From assembly GCA_043775825.1 (NCBI GenBank), contig JAYVRX010000088.1, forward strand, positions 10,598 to 74,597: a stretch of 64,000 bases of DNA, written 5' to 3'. Made by a program: the position numbers and the translations under genes. The first letter of the stretch is position 1; every line of letters starts with the position of its first letter. The notes beneath the pieces were generated by a model. That model worked only from the letters and a program-made list of their open reading frames with translations. It did not search any database and was not told the origin of the DNA. The stretch is from Deinococcales bacterium. Lineage in GTDB: Bacteria; Deinococcota; Deinococci; Deinococcales; JAAFIG01. Shown one piece after another: positions 1 to 9,179 of this stretch.

Positions 1-608
1 CCGCGCTTGCCAAAGCGGGTTACAAGACCGACTCGAGCGGTGTGTTGCTGGGCAAGGACGGAAAGGCGCTCGGCACGTTGAAAATCTTGGTCGGTGCGGG
101 CTGGACAGACTTTATTGCGATGGCGCAGGTTGTGTCTGAAAACCTGAAGAAAATCGGCTTGACGACCTCGATTGACCAGCAGCAATGGAGCGGTTACGCG
201 GGCGCACTCCAGACCGCTACCTACGACATGGGCATCTCATGGGGTTGGGGCAACGGCGACACGCCTTACGACCTGTTTTACAAATCGTTTTCACCTGAAC
301 TCTCGGCGGATGTGGGAAAGCAAGCCGATTCCAACCTGACGCGCTACACGAACGCAACCGTAACCAAAGCGCTGCAAACCTTCCGTTCAACGAGCGATGC
401 TGCCGCACGGAAAACCGCCATCAACCAGATGGTCAAGCAAGTCCTGAGCGACGTGCCATTCGTGCCGCTGACTGACCGTTCGCAATTTTGTCTGTTCAAC
501 GCTACGCGCTTCACAAACTTTCCATCGGATAAAAATCCGTACAACGACGGCAGCCCCGATGACGGGATCGGAGCGCGTTTGATGTACCTCAACGTCAGCT
601 TGAAGTAA
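1..608 (+). CDS. ABC transporter substrate-binding protein, family 5 (peptide/oligosaccharide type), C-terminal part; 5' end outside window
   Basis: The frame of ORF 42..608 stays open to the window edge. The tail is SBP family 5-like (GISWGWGNGDTPYDLFYKSF) and is directly followed by cognate permeases. Confidence 0.7.
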   Translation, partial: ALAKAGYKTDSSGVLLGKDGKALGTLKILVGAGWTDFIAMAQVVSENLKKIGLTTSIDQQQWSGYAGALQTATYDMGISWGWGNGDTPYDLFYKSFSPELSADVGKQADSNLTRYTNATVTKALQTFRSTSDAAARKTAINQMVKQVLSDVPFVPLTDRSQFCLFNATRFTNFPSDKNPYNDGSPDDGIGARLMYLNVSLK

Positions 609-633
609 ACGCGAACCTGCGAAACTCGAGGAG

Positions 634-1665
634 TTGAAACCTCGAGTTCCGCGCCCATTTTTGGAAAGGCGTTCCGTGCCGTATTTGCTGCGAAAATTTG
701 GTTTGCTGCTCTTGACGCTTCTGGCGGCGCTGACAATCAATTTCTTCTTGCCTCGGCTCGTGCCGGGCAATCCGATTGGCGCGATGATCGCCAAGTATCA
801 GGGGCGGCTCGATCCGAACGCGGCGAAGGCACTCATGATCGCCTATGGTTTGGAGGGACACGACAAGAATCTGCTGACGCAGTACGGCGATTATCTGGTG
901 AAGTTAACGAGGGGCGATCTGGGTCGTTCGATCAGTTTCTTTCCCGCACCAGTCACGGAGATGATCGGCGGGGCTGCGCCGTGGACGATTGGTCTGGTTG
1001 GGGTCAGCACGATTATCTCGTTTCTGGTCGGGACGGGTTTGGGCGTGTTCACGGCGGCGCGGCGAGGCTCGAGGTTCGCGGATGCGCTCGTGCCGTTGTC
1101 GCTGTTTTTAAATTCTGTGCCTTACTTCTGGTTCGCTCTGATCGCGTTGTACCTGTTCGCATTTTTGCTAGGATGGTTTCCGCTCGGTGGGGGTATAGAC
1201 ATTGTGACGGGTCCGGCTTGGAGTTTGTCATGGATCGGTTCGGTGGTGAGACATTCGATTCTGCCCGGTGCGACCATCGTGCTGACTGCGATGGGCGGTT
1301 GGTTGATCTCGATGCGCAACAATCTCGTCTCAACCCTGGGCGAGGATTACGTGGCGTTCGCTCGAGCCAAGGGGCTGACTGAGTCCGAAGTTTTATACGC
1401 CTACGGCGTTCGCAATGCGATTCTGCCGAGCCTGACCGCATTCGGTATGGCGCTCGGTTTCGTGCTCAGCGGTTCGATTCTGACCGAGGTCGTGTTCGGT
1501 TATCCGGGCTTGGGCACGCTGCTGTATCACGCAGTGACAAGCCTCGATTACCCGCTCATGCAGGCGATTTTCTTGTTTATCTCCTTGGCGGTACTCGTGG
1601 CAAATTTTCTGGTGGATGCGACCTACACCCTGCTTGATCCTCGAGTCCGCGATGGGCGCAGCTAA
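634..1665 (+). CDS. ABC transporter permease (DppB/OppB-like)
   Basis: 343 aa polytopic membrane protein with a binding-protein-dependent transport signature region (FARAKGLTESEVLYAYGVRNAILP). Confidence 0.85.
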   Translation: MKPRVPRPFLERRSVPYLLRKFGLLLLTLLAALTINFFLPRLVPGNPIGAMIAKYQGRLDPNAAKALMIAYGLEGHDKNLLTQYGDYLVKLTRGDLGRSISFFPAPVTEMIGGAAPWTIGLVGVSTIISFLVGTGLGVFTAARRGSRFADALVPLSLFLNSVPYFWFALIALYLFAFLLGWFPLGGGIDIVTGPAWSLSWIGSVVRHSILPGATIVLTAMGGWLISMRNNLVSTLGEDYVAFARAKGLTESEVLYAYGVRNAILPSLTAFGMALGFVLSGSILTEVVFGYPGLGTLLYHAVTSLDYPLMQAIFLFISLAVLVANFLVDATYTLLDPRVRDGRS

Positions 1666-3570
1666 ATGGAGACACTGAGACGGGCTTTTAACGACCGCCG
1701 TGCAGTCGTCGGGGCAACGATTCTGATCGTGTTGGCACTCATGGCGATTCTCGCGCCGCTCTTGGCGCGGTACTCGCCGTCGCAACTCAGCAACGACACT
1801 TGGTTGCGCCCGAGTAGCCAGCACTGGCTGGGGACAACCGCGCTCGGGCAGGACGTGTTCGCGCAACTCGTCTACGGGGCGCGGCTCTCCTTGCTGGTCG
1901 GACTCGTGACGGGTTTGGTCGCCACGGCAATCAGCGTGATCGTCGGGCTGGCGGCGGCGTTCTTCGGCGGGATCGTGGACGACGTGCTCAGCGGCATCAC
2001 GAACATCTTTCTGGTGCTGCCGGGTTTACCGCTCGTGATCGTCACGGCGGCATACCTGCAAGTCTCAGGGGTCGTGCCGGTGATTGCGGTGATCTCGTTC
2101 ACCGGCTGGGCGTGGGGGGCGCGGGTCTTGCGTTCGCAGGCGCTGTCCCTGCGAGACCGCGATTTCGTGCAAGCCGCAATCGCCAGCGGCGAGGGTCCGA
2201 TTCGTGTGATCTTCGCAGAGATTCTGCCGAACATGGTCGGCTTGATCGCCGCGAATTTTTTTGGCGCGGCGCTCTACGCAGTGCTGGCGGAGGCGGGACT
2301 CGAGTTTCTGGGCGTCGGTGATGTCAGTCAGGTTACCTGGGGCACGATGCTCTACTGGGCGCAGTCGAGTCAGGCACTCTTGCAGGGCGCGTGGGCATGG
2401 ATTGCCACACCGGGCTTGTGTATCGCCCTCTTGGGTACGGCATTCGCACTTTTAAATTTCGCGGTGGACGAGGTGGCGAATCCGCGCCTGCGTTCAGAGC
2501 GGGTCGCGGCGCAAACCAAAGCCCAGCCGCTCGAGCCTGCGGGTGCAGCGCCGCCATCCGGTGCGGACGCGCCGCTCTTGAACCTGCGTCATCTCGAGGC
2601 AGGGTACTTAACCGAGCGCGGCACGGTGCGGGCAGTCAAGGACGTGAACCTCTCTATGCGGCGCGGCGAGTTTCTGGGCATCGCGGGCGAATCGGGGTGT
2701 GGCAAGAGCACGCTGGCGTTCGCGGTGGCGGGTTTGCTCCGTTCACCCGGTCAGGTCTTGTCAGGCGAGGTTTGGCTCGACGGGCGCGAAATCGTGCGCC
2801 TGCCGCCTGAGGAACTGCGGGCGACGCGCTGGCGCGATTTTTCGGTGGTCTTTCAGGCATCCATGAACGCACTCAACCCAGTCATGCGCGTCTCCGATCA
2901 AATCGCGGACGCGATGCGGGCACACGGCACGACTGATAAAGCCCTCATCGCGGCTCGAGCACGGGAGCTGTTTGCGATGGTCGGGATTCGCCCGGAGTAC
3001 CTGAGCGCCTACCCGCATCAACTTTCGGGTGGTATGAAGCAGCGCGTGGTGATTGCGATTGCCCTCGCGCTCGAACCGAAACTTGTCATCATGGACGAAC
3101 CGACCACGGCGTTGGATGTGGTGGTGCAACGCTCGATCTTGCAAGAGATTGACGCGGTGCGGCGGCGTTTGAATCTTTCGATCATCTTCATCACGCACGA
3201 CCTGAGTTTATTGGTCGAGATGAGTGACCGCGTGGCGATCATGTACGCCGGGGAAATTGTCGAGCAGGCGAGTTCAAAAGAACTTTATGCGAACCCGCTT
3301 CACCCGTACACGCGGCGTTTAATGAACGCCTTCCCGCCGCTCGAGGGCGAGCGCACACGGCGCGACGGTATCGCGGGACGCCCGCCGGATTTGGGAGCCG
3401 TGATTCAGGGCTGCCCCTTTGCGCCGCGTTGCGAGCGTGCGATGGTGGGACTGTGCGAGGTCGTAGCGCCCGTAAAACTCGAGGTCGCGCCCGATCACGC
3501 AGTCGCCTGTCACCTGTATGACGCAAGCATCATGAAAGGCAGGATTGAACACCATGCAAGCGTCAACTAA
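1666..3570 (+). CDS. Fused ABC permease (DppC-like) / ATP-binding protein (DppD-like)
   Basis: 634 aa. The N-terminal half is a TM permease. The C-terminal half carries Walker A GESGCGKST, signature LSGGMKQR and Walker B VIMDEPT. The start codon directly abuts the stop of the upstream permease gene (1665/1666). Confidence 0.85.
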   Translation: METLRRAFNDRRAVVGATILIVLALMAILAPLLARYSPSQLSNDTWLRPSSQHWLGTTALGQDVFAQLVYGARLSLLVGLVTGLVATAISVIVGLAAAFFGGIVDDVLSGITNIFLVLPGLPLVIVTAAYLQVSGVVPVIAVISFTGWAWGARVLRSQALSLRDRDFVQAAIASGEGPIRVIFAEILPNMVGLIAANFFGAALYAVLAEAGLEFLGVGDVSQVTWGTMLYWAQSSQALLQGAWAWIATPGLCIALLGTAFALLNFAVDEVANPRLRSERVAAQTKAQPLEPAGAAPPSGADAPLLNLRHLEAGYLTERGTVRAVKDVNLSMRRGEFLGIAGESGCGKSTLAFAVAGLLRSPGQVLSGEVWLDGREIVRLPPEELRATRWRDFSVVFQASMNALNPVMRVSDQIADAMRAHGTTDKALIAARARELFAMVGIRPEYLSAYPHQLSGGMKQRVVIAIALALEPKLVIMDEPTTALDVVVQRSILQEIDAVRRRLNLSIIFITHDLSLLVEMSDRVAIMYAGEIVEQASSKELYANPLHPYTRRLMNAFPPLEGERTRRDGIAGRPPDLGAVIQGCPFAPRCERAMVGLCEVVAPVKLEVAPDHAVACHLYDASIMKGRIEHHASVN

Positions 3571-4618
3571 CTCGAGCCAAAGTCCTCCCTTTGAGCCGCA
3601 CCCCGAACCCGTGCTGAAACTCGAGGGATTGGAGAAGATTTTTCGTTCCGGGCGTGGACGGCGCACGGTGCGGGCGGTCTCGGATTTCAACCTCAGCATC
3701 GCACGCGGCGAGGTTGTCGGGCTGGTCGGTGAATCCGGCTCCGGGAAATCCACGGTTGCGCGATTGATCGCGCAACTCCACGCGCCAACGCGCGGCACGA
3801 TACGTTTGAACGGTGAGCCGCTGCCCGCCCACCCATCGTCTCGGGCGCTGCTGGCGTACCGCCGTAAGGTGCAGATGATCTTCCAAGACCCTTTCTCGAG
3901 CCTCAACCCGACACACACCATCGGTTACGCCGTTTCGCGCCCGCTCGAGATTCACGGGCTGGCTCACGGGCGCGACACCGCACTCAAAGTTCGGGCACTG
4001 CTCGAGCGCGTGGGTTTATCGCCGGGATCGATGTATGAACAAAAATTTCCGCACGAACTCTCCGGCGGTCAGCGTCAACGCGTCGGCATCGCTCGAGCGC
4101 TCGCGGTGCAACCCGCGCTGATTCTGGCGGACGAACCAACCTCGATGCTCGACGTTTCGATTCGTCTAGACATCATGAACCTGATGCTCGATTTGCGCGA
4201 TGCTGAGGGCTTGTCTTACCTGTTCATCACGCACGACCTGGCTGGGGCGCGGTACATGAGCGACCGCGTGGCGGTGATGTACGCCGGAAATCTGGTGGAG
4301 ATCGGACCGAGCGCGGGACTCATCGGTGCGCCCGCGCATCCGTACACGCGCCTTTTAAAATCCGCCGCTCCAAAACCCGAATCCAGTCTCGAGCCGGACC
4401 GCGTCGAGGCGAGGGGCGAAGTCCCAGATTTGACGCAACTGCCGTTCGGTTGCCCCTTCGAGCCGCGCTGCCCGCACGCTCGAGCCGAGTGCCGCGCCGC
4501 GCTGCCGCGCCTTGTCGCCGTTGCGCCGGGTCATGAGGCGCGTTGTGTGCTGTACTATCCCGAACTCGGAGCGCCGGGCATACCAGAACCCTCGAGTTCA
4601 CACAAAGCGGTCTCCTGA
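3545..4618 (+). CDS. ABC transporter ATP-binding protein (DppF/OppF-like)
   Basis: Walker A GESGSGKST, signature LSGGQRQR, Walker B ILADEPTS, and a C-terminal oligopeptide-type extension with a Cys pair. The start is ambiguous (3545 or 3554). Confidence 0.85.
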   Translation: MNTMQASTNSSQSPPFEPHPEPVLKLEGLEKIFRSGRGRRTVRAVSDFNLSIARGEVVGLVGESGSGKSTVARLIAQLHAPTRGTIRLNGEPLPAHPSSRALLAYRRKVQMIFQDPFSSLNPTHTIGYAVSRPLEIHGLAHGRDTALKVRALLERVGLSPGSMYEQKFPHELSGGQRQRVGIARALAVQPALILADEPTSMLDVSIRLDIMNLMLDLRDAEGLSYLFITHDLAGARYMSDRVAVMYAGNLVEIGPSAGLIGAPAHPYTRLLKSAAPKPESSLEPDRVEARGEVPDLTQLPFGCPFEPRCPHARAECRAALPRLVAVAPGHEARCVLYYPELGAPGIPEPSSSHKAVS

Positions 4619-5922
4619 TGGCGCATTTAAAAATCGCCTACATCGGCGGCGGCAGCACCCGAGCGCCCGGTACAGTCGCAGCATTTATTGAACGTGGCGC
4701 GGATTTCGCGGGTTCTGAAATTGTCCTGATTGACCTCGAGCCGGAACGCCTGGACATTGTGCGCACCATTGCCACGAAGATGGCTCGAGCCAAGGGTATT
4801 GATTTAACGATCACGGCGACCACGGACCGCCGCGCCGGGTTAACGGATTGCAATGCGGTGCTGACGAGTTACCGTCCCGGTGGTTTCGAGGCGCGGCGAC
4901 TCGACGAACGCATCCCGCTCTCGCAGGGCGTGATCGGGCAGGAGACGCAGGGACCCGGCGGATTCTTTATGGCGCTGCGCTCAATTCAAATCATGCGCAG
5001 CATCGTTCAGGACATGGAAGCCGTCTGCCCGGCGGCGCGACTGTTCAATTACACCAATCCCGTCAACATCGTCTCACAAGCCGTGACAATGCACTCGAGC
5101 ATCCCGACTGTGTCTTTGTGCGAGGGACCAATCGTCTTTCCTGGCGAACTCGTGCGCGGCATCGGACTCGAGCCGAAGTTACTTGATACACTCATGATCG
5201 GGCTGAATCACGGCTCTTGGACGGTGCGTCACCGTTACGACGGCGGCGACCTCATGCCGCATTTGGAAACCGCGCTCGAGGCAGATATGACCGCGCCAAA
5301 ACTGCCGCTCGAGATTCGGCGCTGGCTCGAAATTGCTGTCACGATGGGATCCATCCCAGCCTCGTACATGCGCTACTACTACTTCAAAGATGAAATGCTC
5401 AATGAACTCCGCGCCAAACCCACCACCCGCGCCGAGGACATCCTGGCGGACGTACCCGACTACTGGGCGCACTACCGCGAACAGGCGGCGCTCGAGAATC
5501 CCGTGCTCGATCCAGCGCGGTCTCGAGGGGGGTTGTTTGAACTCGAGCTTGCGGTGGACGTGATGGCGGCGGTCTTTAACAATCGCGGCACGGTCTGGGC
5601 GGTCAACGTGCCCAATCGCGGCGCGATTCCGGGATTCTCGGATGAACTCGTGGTCGAAGTGCCAGGCTACTGCGACGTTCGCGGCGTCACGCCGCTCGTA
5701 CAGCCCCTGTTGCCGCCGCAGGTGATGGGCTTGACCCACATGCTCGCCCAGTATCAGATGTTGGCTGCCAAAGCCGCCTGGGACGGCTCGAGGCGTGACG
5801 CGGTGCGGGCGCTCGCCGCGAACCCGCTCGTGATTTCGCTTTCCAAAGCCGAATCGCTCTACTCCGAAATGAGCGCTGCGCACAAGGAATTCTTGCCCAC
5901 CAGATTGTTGGAACGGCGATGA
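4618..5922 (+). CDS. Glycoside hydrolase family 4 (NAD/Mn-dependent 6-phospho-glycosidase / glycosidase)
   Basis: The N-terminus MAHLKIAYIGGGSTRAPG is the GH4 Rossmann motif. The ATG at 4618 overlaps the upstream stop (TGATG). The 25 upstream codons of the ORF are probably not translated. Confidence 0.8.
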   Translation: MAHLKIAYIGGGSTRAPGTVAAFIERGADFAGSEIVLIDLEPERLDIVRTIATKMARAKGIDLTITATTDRRAGLTDCNAVLTSYRPGGFEARRLDERIPLSQGVIGQETQGPGGFFMALRSIQIMRSIVQDMEAVCPAARLFNYTNPVNIVSQAVTMHSSIPTVSLCEGPIVFPGELVRGIGLEPKLLDTLMIGLNHGSWTVRHRYDGGDLMPHLETALEADMTAPKLPLEIRRWLEIAVTMGSIPASYMRYYYFKDEMLNELRAKPTTRAEDILADVPDYWAHYREQAALENPVLDPARSRGGLFELELAVDVMAAVFNNRGTVWAVNVPNRGAIPGFSDELVVEVPGYCDVRGVTPLVQPLLPPQVMGLTHMLAQYQMLAAKAAWDGSRRDAVRALAANPLVISLSKAESLYSEMSAAHKEFLPTRLLERR

Positions 5923-6644
5923 CCATCCGAACGATTGTGGTCGAAAACGCCACCGAACTCGCCACTCGAGCCGCCGCCGAAATCGCGCTCGAGATTGAGC
6001 GCAAACCTGATCTCCGTTTGCTTGCCGCAACCGGCAATACACCGATGGGTTGCTACGCCGAACTCGCCTCGAGACGTGCCGCTGGAATGCTCGACACCTC
6101 GAGCTTACGGGTCGTGCAACTCGATGAATACCTCGGTGTGAGCGACGATGACCCGCGCTCCCTGTACCGCTGGCTCGAGACGAGTTTGACCGCGCCACTC
6201 GAGATTCCAGAAGATCGTCTGATTCGTTTTCGGGGCGACGCCGATGATGCTGAGCGCAACTGCCGCGAATTTGCGGCGCAGATTGCTGGCTGGGGCGGAA
6301 TTGACCTCAGCCTGCTCGGGTTGGGACCGAACGGACACCTCGGCTTCAACGAACCACCATCCACACCGCAAGCACTGACCCGCGCGGTGACCTTAACACC
6401 CGAAAGCCTCGCCAGCAACGCCCCGTACTGGAACGGGCTGCCCGTGCCGCACCAGGCGGTCACGGCGGGCATGGATGTTATCCTGAACTCGAGACGCGTG
6501 ATGTTGTTGGTGAGCGGTGAACACAAGCGCGACATTCTGCACCGAACTTTGCGCGAAACGCCGACGGCGGACGTGCCCGCCTCTTGGTTGCAACGCGTCA
6601 ACCTGACCGTGATCGCCGACTACGCCGCCTGGGGAGAACTGTGA
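5919..6644 (+). CDS. nagB: Glucosamine-6-phosphate deaminase / 6-phosphogluconolactonase family protein
   Basis: 241 aa with motifs LAATGNTP and LGLGPNGHLGFNEP typical of the NagB/Pgl fold. Overlaps the GH4 stop by 4 nt. Confidence 0.7.
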   Translation: MTIRTIVVENATELATRAAAEIALEIERKPDLRLLAATGNTPMGCYAELASRRAAGMLDTSSLRVVQLDEYLGVSDDDPRSLYRWLETSLTAPLEIPEDRLIRFRGDADDAERNCREFAAQIAGWGGIDLSLLGLGPNGHLGFNEPPSTPQALTRAVTLTPESLASNAPYWNGLPVPHQAVTAGMDVILNSRRVMLLVSGEHKRDILHRTLRETPTADVPASWLQRVNLTVIADYAAWGEL

Positions 6645-7624
6645 AAGAAGGGTTGTATCTTGGCATCGACGCGGGCGGCACGAAAACCGTGGCGTTGCTG
6701 ACCCGAGCCGACGGGCGCGTCATCGGTGCGGGACGGGCGGGAGCATGCAACATCTACGACGACGTGGACGCCGCCTTTGAGCAACTCGACCTCGCGGTGC
6801 GCGAAGCCCTGAACGTCGCCAGTGCGCGGCTCGAGGGCGTGACCGCAACCTGCCTGAGCGCCACCGGTGCGGACTGGACGGAAGATTTCGCGCTTTTTGA
6901 AACGGCTCTGCACGCTCGAGGTCACAATCATTTTTTGGTTGTCAACGACGCGATGGGCGCATTGCGGGCGGGATCGCTGGATGGCACGGGCGTCGTCGTG
7001 GTCTGCGGAACCTCCGCCGGAATCGGTGCAAAATCGGCGGAGGGCACAGCCTGGCACACGAGCTTCTGGCAGGAACCCGAGGGCGCTGAACAACTCGGGC
7101 GGGTCGCCCTCAGGGCGGTGTACCGCAGTGAACTCGGCATCGACCCACCAACGTCGCTGACAGGGGCGCTGCTCGAGCATCACGGTTTTAAAAATGTCCA
7201 AGCGCTCCTCCACGCCCACACTGCCCGAGGGCAACGCGACGCTCGAGTGGTCGGAAAGCTCGCCCGCATCCTGCTCGACGAAGCTGCCCACGGCGATGAG
7301 ACAGCCTGCCGAATCGTCCTCGAGCACGGCGCGGCGCTCGGGGATTACGCGATTGTCGCGGCGCGAAAAGTTGGCTTATTGAGCCAAAATTTTGCCCTCG
7401 TCACGGCGGGCGGCGTCATGCGCCACGCCTCGCAGATCATGCCCAACGCGCTGCTCGCCCGTGTTCACGAAATCGCGCCGGGCGCATACCCGATCCGTTC
7501 GCCGCTCGAGCCGATCGCGGGGGCGGTCTTGCTGGCGCTGGAGTCGGCGGGCGTGAACGTGGATCACAAATTGCGCGAGTGTTTGCGCTCGAGCTTCCCG
7601 ACGGCAGCATTGTTTCAGACTTAA
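6641..7624 (+). CDS. BadF/BadG/BcrA/BcrD-type ATPase (N-acetylglucosamine kinase-like)
   Basis: A GTG at 6641 overlaps the nagB stop (GTGA). The N-terminus VKEGLYLGIDAGGTKT is the ASKHA phosphate-1 motif. Confidence 0.65.
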   Translation: MKEGLYLGIDAGGTKTVALLTRADGRVIGAGRAGACNIYDDVDAAFEQLDLAVREALNVASARLEGVTATCLSATGADWTEDFALFETALHARGHNHFLVVNDAMGALRAGSLDGTGVVVVCGTSAGIGAKSAEGTAWHTSFWQEPEGAEQLGRVALRAVYRSELGIDPPTSLTGALLEHHGFKNVQALLHAHTARGQRDARVVGKLARILLDEAAHGDETACRIVLEHGAALGDYAIVAARKVGLLSQNFALVTAGGVMRHASQIMPNALLARVHEIAPGAYPIRSPLEPIAGAVLLALESAGVNVDHKLRECLRSSFPTAALFQT

Positions 7625-7648
7625 GATGTTTGCAAAAAGGAGCGAGGC

Positions 7649-8437
7649 GTGAGCGAAATTGAACTGACCCGGCTGTTTGTGTACCCGATCAAATCCGTTC
7701 AAGGGATCGAGGTGAGTCACACCAAAGTGCTCGAGCGCGGTTTGGAACACGACCGGCGCTACATGGTGGTGGATCACGGCGGCAACCTCATCACCGCGCG
7801 TCAACACGCGAAATTGTTACGGGTCGCCACCGCTTTTGAGCATGATTCGCTGCTCGTTCACGCGCCAAAAATGCCCAGCTTACGCCTGCCACTCGAGGGA
7901 CAAGGCTTAGAAGGACAGGTGCGCGTCTGGGCGGACTGGATGCCCGGTTTGGACGCGGGCGAGACGGCGAACGCCTGGTTCAGCGAATTTCTTGGGATGA
8001 AGGCGCGGCTCGTCTGGATGCCCGAGCATTCCGAGCGCCGCATGGGTGCAAACTACGGACCCTCGAAAATCAGTTTCGCGGATGGCAACCCTTTGCACCT
8101 TGTCAACGAAGCCTCGCTTGCCGATCTCGAGGCACGGGTTGGTTCTGAAATCGCTCTCGAACGTTTCCGTCCCAATCTGGTCGTGCGTGGCGCTGCCGCC
8201 TACAGTGAGGACACCTGGACGCGCCTGCACTTTTCGAGTCTGGAATTGCAACCATGCGAAGCCTGTGCCCGTTGCATGGTCGTGAACCTCGAGCCACACA
8301 CCGGCGAGTTCAGCCTCGAGCCGCTGCGAACGCTCGCAGGCTACCGCCGTCTGGGAAAGTCAGTGTTGTTCGGACATCACCTTTACGCGATCAAGGGCGG
8401 GACATTGCGGGTGGGCGAACGTGGAACAGTTGTCTGA
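7649..8437 (+). CDS. MOSC domain-containing protein (YcbX-like)
   Basis: 262 aa with the N-terminal MOSC beta-barrel motif LFVYPIKSVQG and the conserved C-terminal Cys region CEACARC. Confidence 0.8.
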   Translation: MSEIELTRLFVYPIKSVQGIEVSHTKVLERGLEHDRRYMVVDHGGNLITARQHAKLLRVATAFEHDSLLVHAPKMPSLRLPLEGQGLEGQVRVWADWMPGLDAGETANAWFSEFLGMKARLVWMPEHSERRMGANYGPSKISFADGNPLHLVNEASLADLEARVGSEIALERFRPNLVVRGAAAYSEDTWTRLHFSSLELQPCEACARCMVVNLEPHTGEFSLEPLRTLAGYRRLGKSVLFGHHLYAIKGGTLRVGERGTVV

Positions 8438-8682
8438 AAAAGCTTTGGTAGAGCGACCTGTTTTGATCGCTGATGATCGTGGTTCGATACCAGTTCAGCC
8501 ATCTGGTCAGGGTACTACGGGCTGTTCCAACTTCTCGAGTGGTTGCCATACGTCTTTGCCCGTTTTGATGAACCAGATGGCTTGGAGGTGTTTTCGGCGT
8601 CAGGATGTAAATCTCTACTACATCCGCGTTACATCCAAATTACAAAAAGTATTTAAAATTGTCCAAAATCAGTCTTGACCAG

Positions 8683-8711
8683 AAAGCGAAAACCCCGCGC
8701 AAGGCGGGGTT
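8683..8711 (-). terminator. Rho-independent terminator downstream of tRNA-Lys
   Basis: On the minus strand: AACCCCGC-CUUGC-GCGGGGUU hairpin followed by UUUCGCUUUC. Confidence 0.6.
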
Positions 8712-8716
8712 CATTC

Positions 8717-8792
<76 letters not shown>

Positions 8793-8819
8793 TAAAACAC
8801 CGCTCTCGCAGCGTGTAAA

Positions 8820-8848
8820 AGTGTATCGTCCCAATAAAGACTTGTCAA
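8820..8848 (-). promoter_or_regulatory. Sigma70-type promoter for tRNA-Lys
   Basis: Minus strand reads TTGACA, a 17-nt spacer, then TACACT, about 27 nt upstream of the tRNA 5' end. Confidence 0.45.
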
Positions 8849-8870
8849 GATAAGCATTAGCAGTTATACT
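8842..8870 (+). promoter_or_regulatory. Sigma70-type promoter for the tRNA-Pro/tRNA-Gly transcript
   Basis: TTGTCA (8842-8847), a 17-nt spacer, then TATACT (8865-8870), about 30 nt upstream of tRNA-Pro. Confidence 0.45.
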
Positions 8871-8901
8871 CTGCCCTCGAGACGCATTGCGTCCGACGGT
8901 T

Positions 8902-8979
8902 CGGGGCATAGCGCAGCCTGGCTAGCGCACCTGGTTTGGGACCAGGGGGTCGCAAGTTCGAATCTTGCTGCCCCGACCA
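8902..8979 (+). tRNA. tRNA-Pro (anticodon TGG), CCA encoded
   Basis: Manual cloverleaf: CGGGGCA TA GCGC AGCCTGGCTA GCGC A CCTGG TTTGGGA CCAGG GGGTC GCAAG TTCGAAT CTTGC TGCCCCG ACCA. Confidence 0.9.
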
Positions 8980-9031
8980 CTTTCTTCTCGAGTCACCCAA
9001 AAACTTGAGTTTGTAGTACAATGCTGGTGCT

Positions 9032-9105
9032 GCGGCTATGATGTAACGGTAGCATGTGACCCTTCCAAGGTCTTCGTTTCGGTTCGAATCCGAATAGCCG
9101 CTCCA
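9032..9105 (+). tRNA. tRNA-Gly (anticodon TCC), CCA encoded
   Basis: Manual cloverleaf: GCGGCTA TG ATGT AACGGTA GCAT G TGACC CTTCCAA GGTCT TCGT TTCGG TTCGAAT CCGAA TAGCCGC TCCA. The U73 discriminator is typical of tRNA-Gly. Confidence 0.88.
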
Positions 9106-9111
9106 AAAGAA

Positions 9112-9138
9112 AACGCCCTGTTGATTGGGCGTTTTTTG
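9112..9138 (+). terminator. Rho-independent terminator after tRNA-Gly
   Basis: AACGCCC-tgttgatt-GGGCGTT hairpin followed by TTTTTG. Confidence 0.6.
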
Positions 9139-9179
9139 CTGCGCGTTTTTTGCTGCTTGAGTTTCTGTAGACTGATCTC

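Noticed and set aside
5179-6198. Long antisense ORFs in the GC-rich block (e.g. 5179-6198 minus at 339 aa, 6620-7327 minus, 3319-3921 minus, 6053-6601 minus).
   Set aside because: They lie opposite well-supported genes (GH4, NagB, kinase, ABC ATPase). Their Arg/Pro/Ala-rich low-complexity translations are typical of stop-codon-poor GC-rich antisense frames, and no motif was recognised.
8432-8503. A 72-nt tRNA-like stretch (GGTAGAGC D-arm and GGTTCGATACC T-loop) right after the MOSC gene, considered as a fourth tRNA.
   Set aside because: No anticodon stem can be formed. The T-stem has only 3 bp, there are 3 nt between the acceptor and D stems, and no CCA is present. At best it is a decayed relic, and it is discussed only as a possible island boundary.
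8421-8678. 85-aa ORF between the MOSC gene and tRNA-Lys, and the 65-aa ORF at 10238-10435 (minus).
   Set aside because: They are short, show no recognisable motif or ribosome-binding site, and sit in regions better explained as the terminator/tRNA-relic stretch (8421-8678) and the spacer upstream of the serine hydrolase gene (10238-10435).
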